DNA of 61,319 nt from a virus, in the IMG/VR virus record IMGVR_UViG_3300050821_006531; one strand, 5' to 3'. The notes under the pieces were generated by a model. It had not been told where the DNA came from, made no database searches, and saw only the letters and a list, made by a program, of their open reading frames with translations. A program made the translations under genes and the position numbers. Shown here in pieces: positions 8,683 to 16,511 of this stretch (its first letter is position 1; the number at the start of each line of letters is the position of its first letter).

Positions 8683-8861
8683 AACAACCCAAGCCCAAGC
8701 GCCCGATAAAGAGCGTGGGCAAGTTGGCGTTTATACACACCGACGAGATTTACTTGGAGCGCGGTTTAGGACCGAAGTTGGCCGATGTTGAGCGAGCATT
8801 CCACGCTGGCTACCGCGCCGCACAGCGTGACGCACGCCGGGGAGTGAGGAGGCCACGATGA
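8679..8861 (+). CDS. Hypothetical protein
   Basis: A 60-aa ORF, ATGA-coupled. Confidence 0.45.
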   Translation: MKQPKPKRPIKSVGKLAFIHTDEIYLERGLGPKLADVERAFHAGYRAAQRDARRGVRRPR

Positions 8862-8998
8862 GCGACCCACGAAATCCAAAACGTCCCGATGGGGAAGCTG
8901 GTAGCAACTGGGTGCGTTGCCGGGATTGCGGGCGCGAGGCTCGCAAGATCGTGGCGATACGCCACCGGAAGTCCTGCCGAGCGAGGAGACCGCGATGA
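8858..8998 (+). CDS. Hypothetical 46-aa CxxC mini-protein (below the track length cut-off)
   Basis: My own reading: MSDPRNPKRPDGEAGSNWVRCRDCGREARKIVAIRHRKSCRARRPR. ATGA overlaps at both ends keep the coupling chain unbroken. Confidence 0.4.
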   Translation: MSDPRNPKRPDGEAGSNWVRCRDCGREARKIVAIRHRKSCRARRPR

Positions 8999-9183
8999 GT
9001 AAGGCGCTAATCCATGCCGCCGATCCCACGCGCACCGGTAGAAAAACAGTAACCGCGCTGTGCGGCAAACGGGTGTCCGTAAAGTACGTGTTGTCATCGG
9101 ATCGGTGGAAGCCGGATGATTACCCGTGCCTTGAATGTCGGAAAGAGGTTGTCCGCCGAAGGGGTAATCGGGTTGAAATATGA
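8995..9183 (+). CDS. Hypothetical zinc-ribbon-like protein
   Basis: The start is moved to the ATG at 8995 (ATGA overlap). Reads MSKALIHAAD...ALCGKR...CLECRKE. Confidence 0.5.
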   Translation: MSKALIHAADPTRTGRKTVTALCGKRVSVKYVLSSDRWKPDDYPCLECRKEVVRRRGNRVEI

Positions 9184-9392
9184 TCAACATCGCTGAAGCC
9201 ATCGAGCGGCTGAGCACCCGAACATACAGGTGGGATGATCCACAGCTTTGCTTGGATGTCTCTGCGCTCATCGCCGAAGTGAAGCGGCTCTCGGCTCCAG
9301 TAGCGGGGAGTTACGAAAAGGCCAAACGCGCGGCGTGCAAGTCGTGCGCTGAGGGGTTGCCATACTCAAGGGAATTATATACATGAGTACAG

Positions 9393-9518
9393 TTAGCCTT
9401 TCTTTGCATCGCGTTGCGCCTTTCGCTTCGCGCGCTTTTTCGCGGCCTTCGCCTTGGCGGGCGGTTTGTATGCAAGCACTACGTCAGTTATCGTGTCTAA
9501 CTGCTTGGGTGTGCTCAT
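9393..9518 (-). CDS. Possible 41-aa Lys-rich ORF inside the IS
   Basis: My own reading: MSTPKQLDTITDVVLAYKPPAKAKAAKKRAKRKAQRDAKKG. It has a TGATG overlap with the upstream stop and GAGGAGG upstream, and ends inside the IS inverted repeat. Confidence 0.3.
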   Translation of the reverse strand: MSTPKQLDTITDVVLAYKPPAKAKAAKKRAKRKAQRDAKKG

Positions 9519-10261
9519 CAATCCTCCTCACCGTCGAAGCATATACACGGAGTCTGCACCACTTCAGGGAACAGCCCACGTTGGGTCTCGGAATTCTTTA
9601 CAAGTTCTTCCCAGGACCAGTGTCGTCCAAGCCCCTTAATGGCGGTAAGCCCAACTGCTGCGCGTTCCATCGCTACAGCACGCGCGAAGAGATCGGGGTG
9701 TTCAACACTCAACTGGATAACCTCGGTCTTCTTAGAGGCTGGACAAAAGAAGCAAGCACTCTTTACCGGAATCGGCAATTGAGCGCGATTCAGGGCGGCA
9801 ATACATGCGTCACGATCCCAGCCCCAATCAATCAACGGGTGCCAGTACTTTATGCTCTCAGTATCAAAATTCTTGCCCACTCTTCGCGTCTCTCCCGCAT
9901 CGATACCCACAGCCATTGTGACTTCGCCCCAAGAACGAATGAATTTGTTGATAGGGCGTCGCTTATATTTGTCCGAGCAGGAGCGCCATCCGAAAACAAG
10001 AGAAGGCATCGTATTTCGCGTAAGGCAATCGCGTTCCAGCGTGCGATGGATACCGTCATTGGAAACGATTGTGATCGGCGGAAAGCCCCACTGCGCAAGC
10101 CATCCGACCATCTGATTCAGAAACGTGTATGTCTCCGGTTTCTCGCCGCCAGTATCCGCAAACAGAATGGCTTGTGGATAGACATTCCGCTCCTGCATCC
10201 CCACCAACATAGCGGCGGAGTTTACACCCCCGCCGAAGGAAGCGATAAGGGGGATACTCAC
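9518..10261 (-). CDS. PAPS-reductase / PP-loop ATP-pyrophosphatase family protein (IS passenger)
   Basis: PP-loop SFGGGVNSAAML, then ILFADTGGEKPETYTF and a C-terminal CFFCP. The start overlaps the transposase stop by 4 nt. Confidence 0.8.
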   Translation of the reverse strand: MSIPLIASFGGGVNSAAMLVGMQERNVYPQAILFADTGGEKPETYTFLNQMVGWLAQWGFPPITIVSNDGIHRTLERDCLTRNTMPSLVFGWRSCSDKYKRRPINKFIRSWGEVTMAVGIDAGETRRVGKNFDTESIKYWHPLIDWGWDRDACIAALNRAQLPIPVKSACFFCPASKKTEVIQLSVEHPDLFARAVAMERAAVGLTAIKGLGRHWSWEELVKNSETQRGLFPEVVQTPCICFDGEED

Positions 10262-11193
10262 GCCGACACCTTGGCAATGAGCCGAGCATATGTGAGGCGC
10301 TTGCCGACAATGGCGTCAATGAACGAATCCAGCCGTTCAAACGTGTGGCGAGCGACGTTGCCTTCGTTCAGCCGCCACGTGAACTCATTGACGTACCGGG
10401 TGAGATGCTTCGGGGACGCATGATGGTAAACACCATGCAGCCCGCGTTTCAGGACCGCCCAAACGCTCTCGATGCTATTGGTGTGCGCCGCGCCCTTCCT
10501 GTACTCGCCAGCGCTGTGATTGACCGAATCGTGCGAGTAGAACAGCCCGTCCAGGTCTTGAAAGAGAACGTGTTCGTCGGTGTAGATCTGCGTGCCAGTC
10601 TCGACGTTCGCAAAGATCTGATCGTTCACCGACTGAAGCGAGCGGATCGGCGTGACCTTGGCGATGGTGCGCCCGCCGCGCTCCCGCATTCCGAGAACGG
10701 TTTGCTTGCCGACCGAGCCGCGTCCGGCGTGGAGTTTCTTGTGCTCATGCTTGTTGCCTTCCAGACCGCCAACGAAGCATTCGTCGATCTCGACGATGCC
10801 TTTCAACTTGTCGATGGAATCGGGCGTGCTGCACGCCTCACGGAGCCGTCCGAGGATGAACCACGCCGTCTTCTGCGTGACGCCGATTTCCTTCGCCAGT
10901 TGCATCGAACTGATCCCCTTGCGCGCCGTGACGAGCAGATACATGGCGTAGACCCATTTGTGGAGCGGAACCTTGGACCGCTCGAACACCGTGCCGGTAC
11001 GGATCGTGAAATCGAAGTTGCAGGCGTTGCAGTGGTAGAAGCCGATCCGGGTCCGGGTGCTGATCGCCGCCGATTTGCAATCGGGGCAGACCGGCCCGTT
11101 CGGCCACAATCGGCCTTCGAGGTACAGCCGCGCCGACTCCTGATCCGGGAACATCTCGAAGAGTTTGAAAGTGCTGATGGTGCTCTTACTCAT
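10258..11193 (-). CDS. IS1595-family DDE transposase
   Basis: N-terminal zinc ribbon CPDC...CNAC, then KWVYAMYLL...GISSMQLAKEIGVTQKTAW, IVEIDECFVGG, IYTDEH and NSIESVWAVLKR. Confidence 0.9.
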   Translation of the reverse strand: MSKSTISTFKLFEMFPDQESARLYLEGRLWPNGPVCPDCKSAAISTRTRIGFYHCNACNFDFTIRTGTVFERSKVPLHKWVYAMYLLVTARKGISSMQLAKEIGVTQKTAWFILGRLREACSTPDSIDKLKGIVEIDECFVGGLEGNKHEHKKLHAGRGSVGKQTVLGMRERGGRTIAKVTPIRSLQSVNDQIFANVETGTQIYTDEHVLFQDLDGLFYSHDSVNHSAGEYRKGAAHTNSIESVWAVLKRGLHGVYHHASPKHLTRYVNEFTWRLNEGNVARHTFERLDSFIDAIVGKRLTYARLIAKVSA

Positions 11194-11410
11194 GTTTCAA
11201 TTGTAGCTGAGTACAGAGCCGTTGTCAACTGTACTCATGTATATAATTCCCATACTCAAGTCACGACCAGTATCATTGGACCGGGAAGGATAATGCACCG
11301 GCCTGCACCGCCCCCACACGCGAGCAATATGAAGCAGCGCTGCTGTGGAGAATCGCCGAACTGGAGCGCCAGCGCGATCAGACCATCCGCAGGATTGAGG
11401 AGCTGACCCG

Positions 11411-11773
11411 ATGAGCCCATTCGAACAGGCAGCGATCGAAGCATTGACGGACCTTGAAGGTAGCGCCCTGTGGCATAACCGTCACGGAAGGACTAGCAGC
11501 TCGTTGTCGTGGGCTCTGGCGATTCGAGTGAAGTTGGATGCCTTGCTAAAGTTGGTCAGGCAGGAGCCGTCGCGCATCGCCGAACTCGAATCTGAGAACG
11601 CGCGGCTCCGCGACCTCATCAGCAACGGACCGGCAGCGAGTTGCACCGTCCACGAAGGACATGACTACGACGCTCAAGGCGTTTGCGTGCGTGGGTGTGG
11701 AATACCAGAGGATGGATTCGCCCACGGATTGCAGCGGCAGGTTGCGCGGCTCCGCGCGGCGGTGGAGCAGTAA
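11411..11773 (+). CDS. Hypothetical protein
   Basis: A 120-aa ORF whose ATG overlaps the stop of the restored upstream gene. Confidence 0.6.
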   Translation: MSPFEQAAIEALTDLEGSALWHNRHGRTSSSLSWALAIRVKLDALLKLVRQEPSRIAELESENARLRDLISNGPAASCTVHEGHDYDAQGVCVRGCGIPEDGFAHGLQRQVARLRAAVEQ

Positions 11774-11804
11774 AAGAAAGTTTGTCCACTGCCCCACTTT
11801 CCGC

Positions 11805-11827
11805 TTGACAAGTTTCTAGGTTAAACT
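11805..11827 (+). promoter_or_regulatory. TTGACA plus TAGGTTAAACT box ahead of the replication/recombination operon
   Basis: ttgacaagtttctaggttaaact, 39 nt upstream of the GTG at 11866. Confidence 0.5.
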
Positions 11828-11865
11828 GTACACTTAAACTTCTTTGAAGGAGATCACCACCAAAA

Positions 11866-12759
11866 GTGCCAAAACCATCACTAGACCCGGCAAAAGCGAG
11901 GCAAGGAGGAACAGGACCCGAGTCCGGCGCATACGAAGTGCTCAGCGCTAAGTTCACCAACCTCAAGAGCGACTACAAGGCCACGTCGTTGACGTTAGTC
12001 CTGCACTCAGCGCTGCTCGACAAAGACGGCGACCGCGTGCGCGGAGCGGACGAGGTAGACATCAACCTGAGCTTTGGAGAGAAGAGTCTCGAAGCGTTCC
12101 AGCCGGCGCTTGTCAGCGGGCCACTCGACCCGGACCCGGAGCCTAAAGGCACCGAAGCGGACGCCGAAGGCAACTCGATCTACTGCGAAGAAGGCGCGGA
12201 AATCAATGGTTCGTGCGGAGCGACCGTGTTCAACACGAGCTTGGTCAAGCTTGGGTTTCCAAAGGACACGCTCGACCAGTGCTACGCGCCCAACTACGTA
12301 GGGCTGAAGTTCTTCTTGGAAACCTTGCCGTCCAAGGACTGCAACGAGCGGTTTGGAACGCGGCTCAACACAAAGCCGATGACTGGCAAGGACGGAGTCG
12401 AGAGGCCGATCACATACAAGGTGGCTACAAAGTGGCTCAACCCGAACTACCTAGCTGCTGGGAACTCAGGTCCCAAGTCCACCAAGAAGGCCGACGCGCC
12501 CGCGCAGACCGGTGCCAGCGCCGAGCAACTGGCCAAGGACGGACTAGCCCGCGTTGCCGCTTCGAAGTCCGGCAAGGCAATCAAGACAATGCAGGCTCTG
12601 ACAGGGTTCTTCACGAGCGAGTACTCGTCGGCGAAGATGCCGCCTGGACAGCTCGCGGCGGCGCAGAGGTTTGTCAAGGACGAGGCATGGGTGAAGGCTT
12701 ACCTGACGGACGAACTCGGGGCATCCCTGAATGACGACGGGTCGGTCCTGTTCCCGTAG
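11866..12759 (+). CDS. Hypothetical protein; possibly ssDNA-binding or recombination-associated, judged by position only
   Basis: A 297-aa ORF, first in the operon and directly before the nuclease. It has an acidic internal stretch and a Lys/Ala linker. No diagnostic motif was recognised. Confidence 0.6.
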   Translation: MPKPSLDPAKARQGGTGPESGAYEVLSAKFTNLKSDYKATSLTLVLHSALLDKDGDRVRGADEVDINLSFGEKSLEAFQPALVSGPLDPDPEPKGTEADAEGNSIYCEEGAEINGSCGATVFNTSLVKLGFPKDTLDQCYAPNYVGLKFFLETLPSKDCNERFGTRLNTKPMTGKDGVERPITYKVATKWLNPNYLAAGNSGPKSTKKADAPAQTGASAEQLAKDGLARVAASKSGKAIKTMQALTGFFTSEYSSAKMPPGQLAAAQRFVKDEAWVKAYLTDELGASLNDDGSVLFP

Positions 12760-12859
12760 TTGAGCGAGTTTGGCTGCCTGGGTCGCGGGGCGGGTTGAGT
12801 GCATTCCTCCTGTCAGCTAAGCTTCCTGGGCAGCCAGCGCGATCCAACCGGAGCGTCTA

Positions 12860-13504
12860 GTGAAAGTCCTTTACGAGCAACGAATCAAGCTAACTCCTGC
12901 TGTAATGGACTCACGAACACCCCGGTCGTGCCCAGTCAGGCCCCGGACCCCCGGCGTGCACGTACAGGCAATCAACAAAAGCCTGGGCATCGCGGCCGGC
13001 AAACTTTCCAACTTGGAAGACTCGTCCGGGGAGAGTGTGTTTGAACGGTTTAGCAGCGAGTCGTACCCGCTGCTGGCGGCGCTCGGAGTTGCATGGGAGG
13101 AGCTCCGGGCGTCGATGTACCCGGAAGACGAGTTGGTGTGGCAGCCGTGCGAGTTTGAGCGGGACCAAGTGTACGGGACGCCGGACGGCCTGCTGCCTGA
13201 GCTGGGTGCTCTCTGGGAGTGCAAGCTAACAACCAAGAAGCTCCAGCCTGTCCAAGATCTGTGGATGTACAACCGCCAGGGCATGAGCTACTGCGCGATG
13301 AGCGGGATGAACCAGGTTCTGTTTGATATTTGCTTTTTGCTGGGGGACTACTCGCGGCCCTACCAACCATACGGAATTACAGCGTTGGTTGAGTACAGCA
13401 GGGCAGAAATCGAAATGTGGTGGTCGCACGTGCTAAGAGCAAAGTCCAACGTGACGCCGGAAGGGGAAATTGTGCCAAGGGTTGTTCAAGAGGTGGAGTG
13501 GTGA
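12860..13504 (+). CDS. PD-(D/E)XK-type exonuclease (YqaJ/Cas4-like)
   Basis: YGTPDGLL...LWECKLTTKK fits the D...ExK catalytic pattern. GTG start, with GGAG 6 nt upstream. Confidence 0.6.
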   Translation: MKVLYEQRIKLTPAVMDSRTPRSCPVRPRTPGVHVQAINKSLGIAAGKLSNLEDSSGESVFERFSSESYPLLAALGVAWEELRASMYPEDELVWQPCEFERDQVYGTPDGLLPELGALWECKLTTKKLQPVQDLWMYNRQGMSYCAMSGMNQVLFDICFLLGDYSRPYQPYGITALVEYSRAEIEMWWSHVLRAKSNVTPEGEIVPRVVQEVEW

Positions 13505-13944
13505 GACCAGAACCTCAGTATGTTGAGCCGCCTCCTGCCATTCTACTGTTCCGGGGGAAGAACAGGTTCTTGTCCAACTTTTACATTGAGCCAGACGGCA
13601 CATGCGTGGAAGTTGAGTACCAGGCTGCTAAGTGCGCAGACCCTGAAGAGGCCAGGAGGTTCTCTGGAATGCGTCCTGGAGACGCCAAGCGTTTTGGAAG
13701 ACGCGTGAAGTTACGCAAAGACTGGGAGTCAGTCAAGATCCAGGTCATGCGGGAGTTCGTGTTCCAGAAATTCAAAGAACACTTGTCGCTACGTATCCAA
13801 CTGCTCGCGACTGGAGAAGCCGAGTTAATCGAAGGTAATCATTGGGGTGACAAGTTCTGGGGTAAGACAGAGGACGGCTTTGGTGGCGGGTCCAACTACC
13901 TGGGGAGAATTTTGATGGAAGTAAGGGAGACGCTTAAAAAGTGA
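13501..13944 (+). CDS. NADAR (YbiA/DUF1768) domain protein
   Basis: ILLFRGKNRFLSNFY...VEYQAAK...AKRFGR...DWESVKIQVMREFVFQKF...LLATGEAELIEGNHWGDKFWG. The start is trimmed to the GTG next to the AGAGGTGGAG RBS. Confidence 0.8.
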   Translation: MRPEPQYVEPPPAILLFRGKNRFLSNFYIEPDGTCVEVEYQAAKCADPEEARRFSGMRPGDAKRFGRRVKLRKDWESVKIQVMREFVFQKFKEHLSLRIQLLATGEAELIEGNHWGDKFWGKTEDGFGGGSNYLGRILMEVRETLKK

Positions 13945-14747
13945 GCGGAGGACTCAAGTTGCCGGAAGGGTTTTCACGTGAATGGACGGGCCGTGACTGT
14001 GCCTGTATTGGTGTGTTCGGGCCGCAGGGCTCGGGCAAGACCCGGCTGTGCGCCACGGCGTGCGCCTGGTCCGCCGAACGCGGCAAGGTCCCTGGCTGGC
14101 TTGTAATGGACCGCAAGACTCGCAAAACCGTACGTGACACCTGCGCGGCCCTGGGCTACGACTTGCCAGTAATCAACCGCGACGATTTTATTACACAGGC
14201 TGAGGCGTTGAAGCTGGCGACCAACGAGGCTGACGAGGTCAAGAAGAAGACCTACACGGTTGCGGTCGAGAAGGTGTTCAAGGCAGCGGTAGACCTCGCG
14301 GCCAACCCTGTGATCGATCCGATTGTGATCGACTCAGCGAGCGGGCTCTGGGACTGGATTGCGTACTCACACTTTGGCAAAAAGCAAGATGTGGGCAAAA
14401 GCCGGGTGTGGGGGCCGCCAAAGCAGGACTGGACGGACTTGCTGGACGGGATTGCGCACAAGACAGTGATTGTTACACTGCACGCTAAAGACCAGTGGAA
14501 AGACGACAAGTCTACGGGCAAGCTTACGTTTGACGGGCCGCCGCACCTTGGGTACACAGTCACGTCGCTCGTGCGTTTGAGGCAGTTCGACGGCAAGCTT
14601 GCGAGCGACCAGACGTACGTGGACAGGTTCAGACTGGACTTGATCGAGTCGCAGGACAACAAGGCGCTGGAAGGTCAGGAAGACTTGTTGAGCGGGGAGT
14701 CGGTGACGTTTGCGGATTTGATGAGTGTGCTGAGACCAGAGGAGTGA
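13941..14747 (+). CDS. RecA-fold ATPase (Sak4/AAA_24-like)
   Basis: Walker A GPQGSGKTRL and Walker B-like PIVIDSASGLWDW. Size and context fit phage Sak4-type recombination ATPases. Confidence 0.6.
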   Translation: MSGGLKLPEGFSREWTGRDCACIGVFGPQGSGKTRLCATACAWSAERGKVPGWLVMDRKTRKTVRDTCAALGYDLPVINRDDFITQAEALKLATNEADEVKKKTYTVAVEKVFKAAVDLAANPVIDPIVIDSASGLWDWIAYSHFGKKQDVGKSRVWGPPKQDWTDLLDGIAHKTVIVTLHAKDQWKDDKSTGKLTFDGPPHLGYTVTSLVRLRQFDGKLASDQTYVDRFRLDLIESQDNKALEGQEDLLSGESVTFADLMSVLRPEE

Positions 14748-14750
14748 CAA

Positions 14751-14984
14751 GTGCCTGACCGAAACTACGACGTACAGCTACGAGCCACCGTGACCGTTGG
14801 TGGAGTGTTCCGAGCCCCCGACGCGCAGGCGGCGTACGCAAACGCACTGCTGGAACTTCGAGCGCAAGGTGAGCTAAGCGACGTGGAAGTCGAACGTTTG
14901 GTGTTTCTGGATGACGAGGAGGTGACGGACAATGTCAGCACTGGCGAACCTGAACCCTTTGCCCCCACAACGGAAGAGACCTAG
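14751..14984 (+). CDS. Hypothetical acidic protein
   Basis: A 77-aa ORF with a GTG start. Confidence 0.45.
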   Translation: MPDRNYDVQLRATVTVGGVFRAPDAQAAYANALLELRAQGELSDVEVERLVFLDDEEVTDNVSTGEPEPFAPTTEET

Positions 14985-15003
14985 ACCGAGAAGGACTCCC
15001 CGC

Positions 15004-15204
15004 ATGTCCAGCTTCAAAGAGTCTCCGACGTGGACTACAGCCGACGAAATGGCTTACGTCAAGGGGCTCTGGGAGCGAGGCAACTGTAGAGCGCTAGAAG
15101 AGTGGCTTAGAGTGTCTGAGCACCGTGTGTGGCGGGGGTTCGGAATGGCGGTTGAGCTGGAGGTTGTCAGGCAGCAGGTCCGGGAGTGGCTCAAGGAGGG
15201 TTGA
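15004..15204 (+). CDS. Hypothetical protein
   Basis: The start is moved to the ATG at 15004 (MSSFKESPTW...) to avoid overlapping the previous gene. Confidence 0.45.
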   Translation: MSSFKESPTWTTADEMAYVKGLWERGNCRALEEWLRVSEHRVWRGFGMAVELEVVRQQVREWLKEG

Positions 15205-15209
15205 AATTT

Positions 15210-15497
15210 ATGATTTGGTTGGCAACCGAAGTTACTAACAAAGAACAACAAGGTAAAGCTCAGTGGTTTGTGGAGGAGAACTTTTTCGGCGGTCGAGTCT
15301 TCGCGGTTTCTATCATGCCAGTTGACATTGTAGTAGCAGCTCTACGGGAGGCCTGGGCCTGGATGCCACATGGAGATGGAAAGACACCAGCCCAAAGGGG
15401 CGCACTATGCGAGACGCAGAACGAGGCTCTCCGACTTGTTCGAGATACTTTCAGGACGCTAGAGGCAGCAGGCTTGGGTGTCCAGCAGAAATCCTAA
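15210..15497 (+). CDS. Hypothetical protein
   Basis: The ATG at 15210 is preceded by GGAGGG. TAATG coupling to the next gene. Confidence 0.5.
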   Translation: MIWLATEVTNKEQQGKAQWFVEENFFGGRVFAVSIMPVDIVVAALREAWAWMPHGDGKTPAQRGALCETQNEALRLVRDTFRTLEAAGLGVQQKS

Positions 15498-16246
15498 TGG
15501 TTCTGGTGGACGAACGTATCGGCAGCCGTGAGTTTCTCGAACCCCTCCGCAACCTGGGCGTGGACGCAGACCTGGCCCGGCTCGACGCGGACTTTCAGTG
15601 GGTCGGAAACGGCCCGGACGGAGCAGTGCTTGTAGGCGTGGAGCGCAAGGAGATTGGCGACTTTCTGACCAGCATGCGCGACCGCAGGCTTGGTGGCAAA
15701 CAAGCGATCGACATGGGGAACACTTACGACATTCAGTACTTGCTGGTTGAAGGGGCTTGGCGGCGCGGGGCCGGTGGAGTGCTTGAAACACTCAAAGGCC
15801 GGAACCAGTGGGCCTCAGCGCGCGGGTCGTTCAAGTGGGCCGAGGCTGTGAGCTTTATGACAAGTTTGGAAGAGTTGTACGGGATGCGGCTTTGGCGGTG
15901 CTTCGGTACCGAAGACACTTGTGCAACTGTGGCGGCAAAGTACCAGTGGTGGCAGAAGCCCTGGAGTGAGCACAAGTCCGACCGGCAGGTGTACGCACCG
16001 GAGCCTCAGGCAGGCACAGGTCGTCGCGCTCGCGCGTTCAGGCATACGGCTACGCTGCTGGAGCGGTGGCTGTGTGCGTTGCCTGGCGTGGACGGGCGGG
16101 CGCTGGAGTTGGCTAAGTACTTCAGCTCCGGGCATGATATGGCTACAGCGAGCGTGGAGCGGTGGCTTACAGTGCCTGGACTGAGAATTGGCAAGAAGAC
16201 CGCTGAGACGATTGTTGGAGCAGTGCGCGGGGAAGACAGTGTCTGA
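15497..16246 (+). CDS. ERCC4 (XPF/Mus81)-type structure-specific nuclease
   Basis: LVDERIGSRE...DADFQW...VGVERKEIGDFLTSMRDRRL matches the GDxn-ERKxxxD signature. Confidence 0.7.
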   Translation: MVLVDERIGSREFLEPLRNLGVDADLARLDADFQWVGNGPDGAVLVGVERKEIGDFLTSMRDRRLGGKQAIDMGNTYDIQYLLVEGAWRRGAGGVLETLKGRNQWASARGSFKWAEAVSFMTSLEELYGMRLWRCFGTEDTCATVAAKYQWWQKPWSEHKSDRQVYAPEPQAGTGRRARAFRHTATLLERWLCALPGVDGRALELAKYFSSGHDMATASVERWLTVPGLRIGKKTAETIVGAVRGEDSV

Positions 16247-16493
16247 CGTAGTCACGTTCTCGCCCCAGCAAACGCGCATTCTAAGGCTGCTGTGTCTGAA
16301 CGGCCTGACCGCCAAACAAGTCGGCGCTCGGCTTGGAATTAGCCCGAAGACAGTAGACACGCACCTGACCGCGTGTAAGAACAAGACAGGCGCGAAGACT
16401 CCCTGGGAGCTGGGCTGGAGGCTCGCGTACAACCAAGTGCTCAGGGACGCGATTGAAGATGACTGGAACAACGAGCTGGCAGGCTGTCCGTAG
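16239..16493 (+). CDS. LuxR/GerE-type HTH regulator
   Basis: FSPQQTRILRLLCLNGLTAKQVGARLGISPKTVDTHLTACKNKTGAKT. The GTG at 16239 overlaps the upstream stop. Confidence 0.7.
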   Translation: MSDVVTFSPQQTRILRLLCLNGLTAKQVGARLGISPKTVDTHLTACKNKTGAKTPWELGWRLAYNQVLRDAIEDDWNNELAGCP

Positions 16494-16511
16494 AGAGGAG
16501 TAGGAACTACC

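Larger units (their letters stand above)
9371..11250 (-). mobile_element. IS1595-family insertion sequence (1880 bp) with passenger genes
   Basis: Perfect 24-bp terminal inverted repeats ggaattatatacatgagtacagtt (9371-9394; reverse complement at 11227-11250). Flanked by the 10-bp direct repeat catactcaag (9361-9370 and 11251-11260). Confidence 0.9.
9180..11414 (+). pseudogene. Phage gene interrupted by an IS element
   Basis: The ORF from 9180 stops 16 nt into the IS. Removing 9371..11260 joins ...GLPYS to SHDQYHWTGKDNAPACTAPTREQYEAALLWRIAELERQRDQTIRRIEELTR in frame. The restored stop at 11412-11414 forms an ATGA overlap with the 11411 start. Confidence 0.75.

Noticed and set aside
10345-11406. 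A 353-aa plus-strand ORF and a 346-aa ORF (9383..10423) inside the IS.
   Set aside because: Both are antisense to the transposase and PAPS-reductase genes, which carry clear family motifs. The composition is Arg/Ala/Pro-rich shadow sequence.
11805-11827. The roughly 20-nt conserved box might be a T7-type single-subunit RNA polymerase promoter.
   Set aside because: No ORF in the window resembles a phage RNA polymerase. All ORFs above 600 aa are structural-looking, polymerase or depolymerase-like. Host RNA polymerase plus a phage regulator is the simpler reading.
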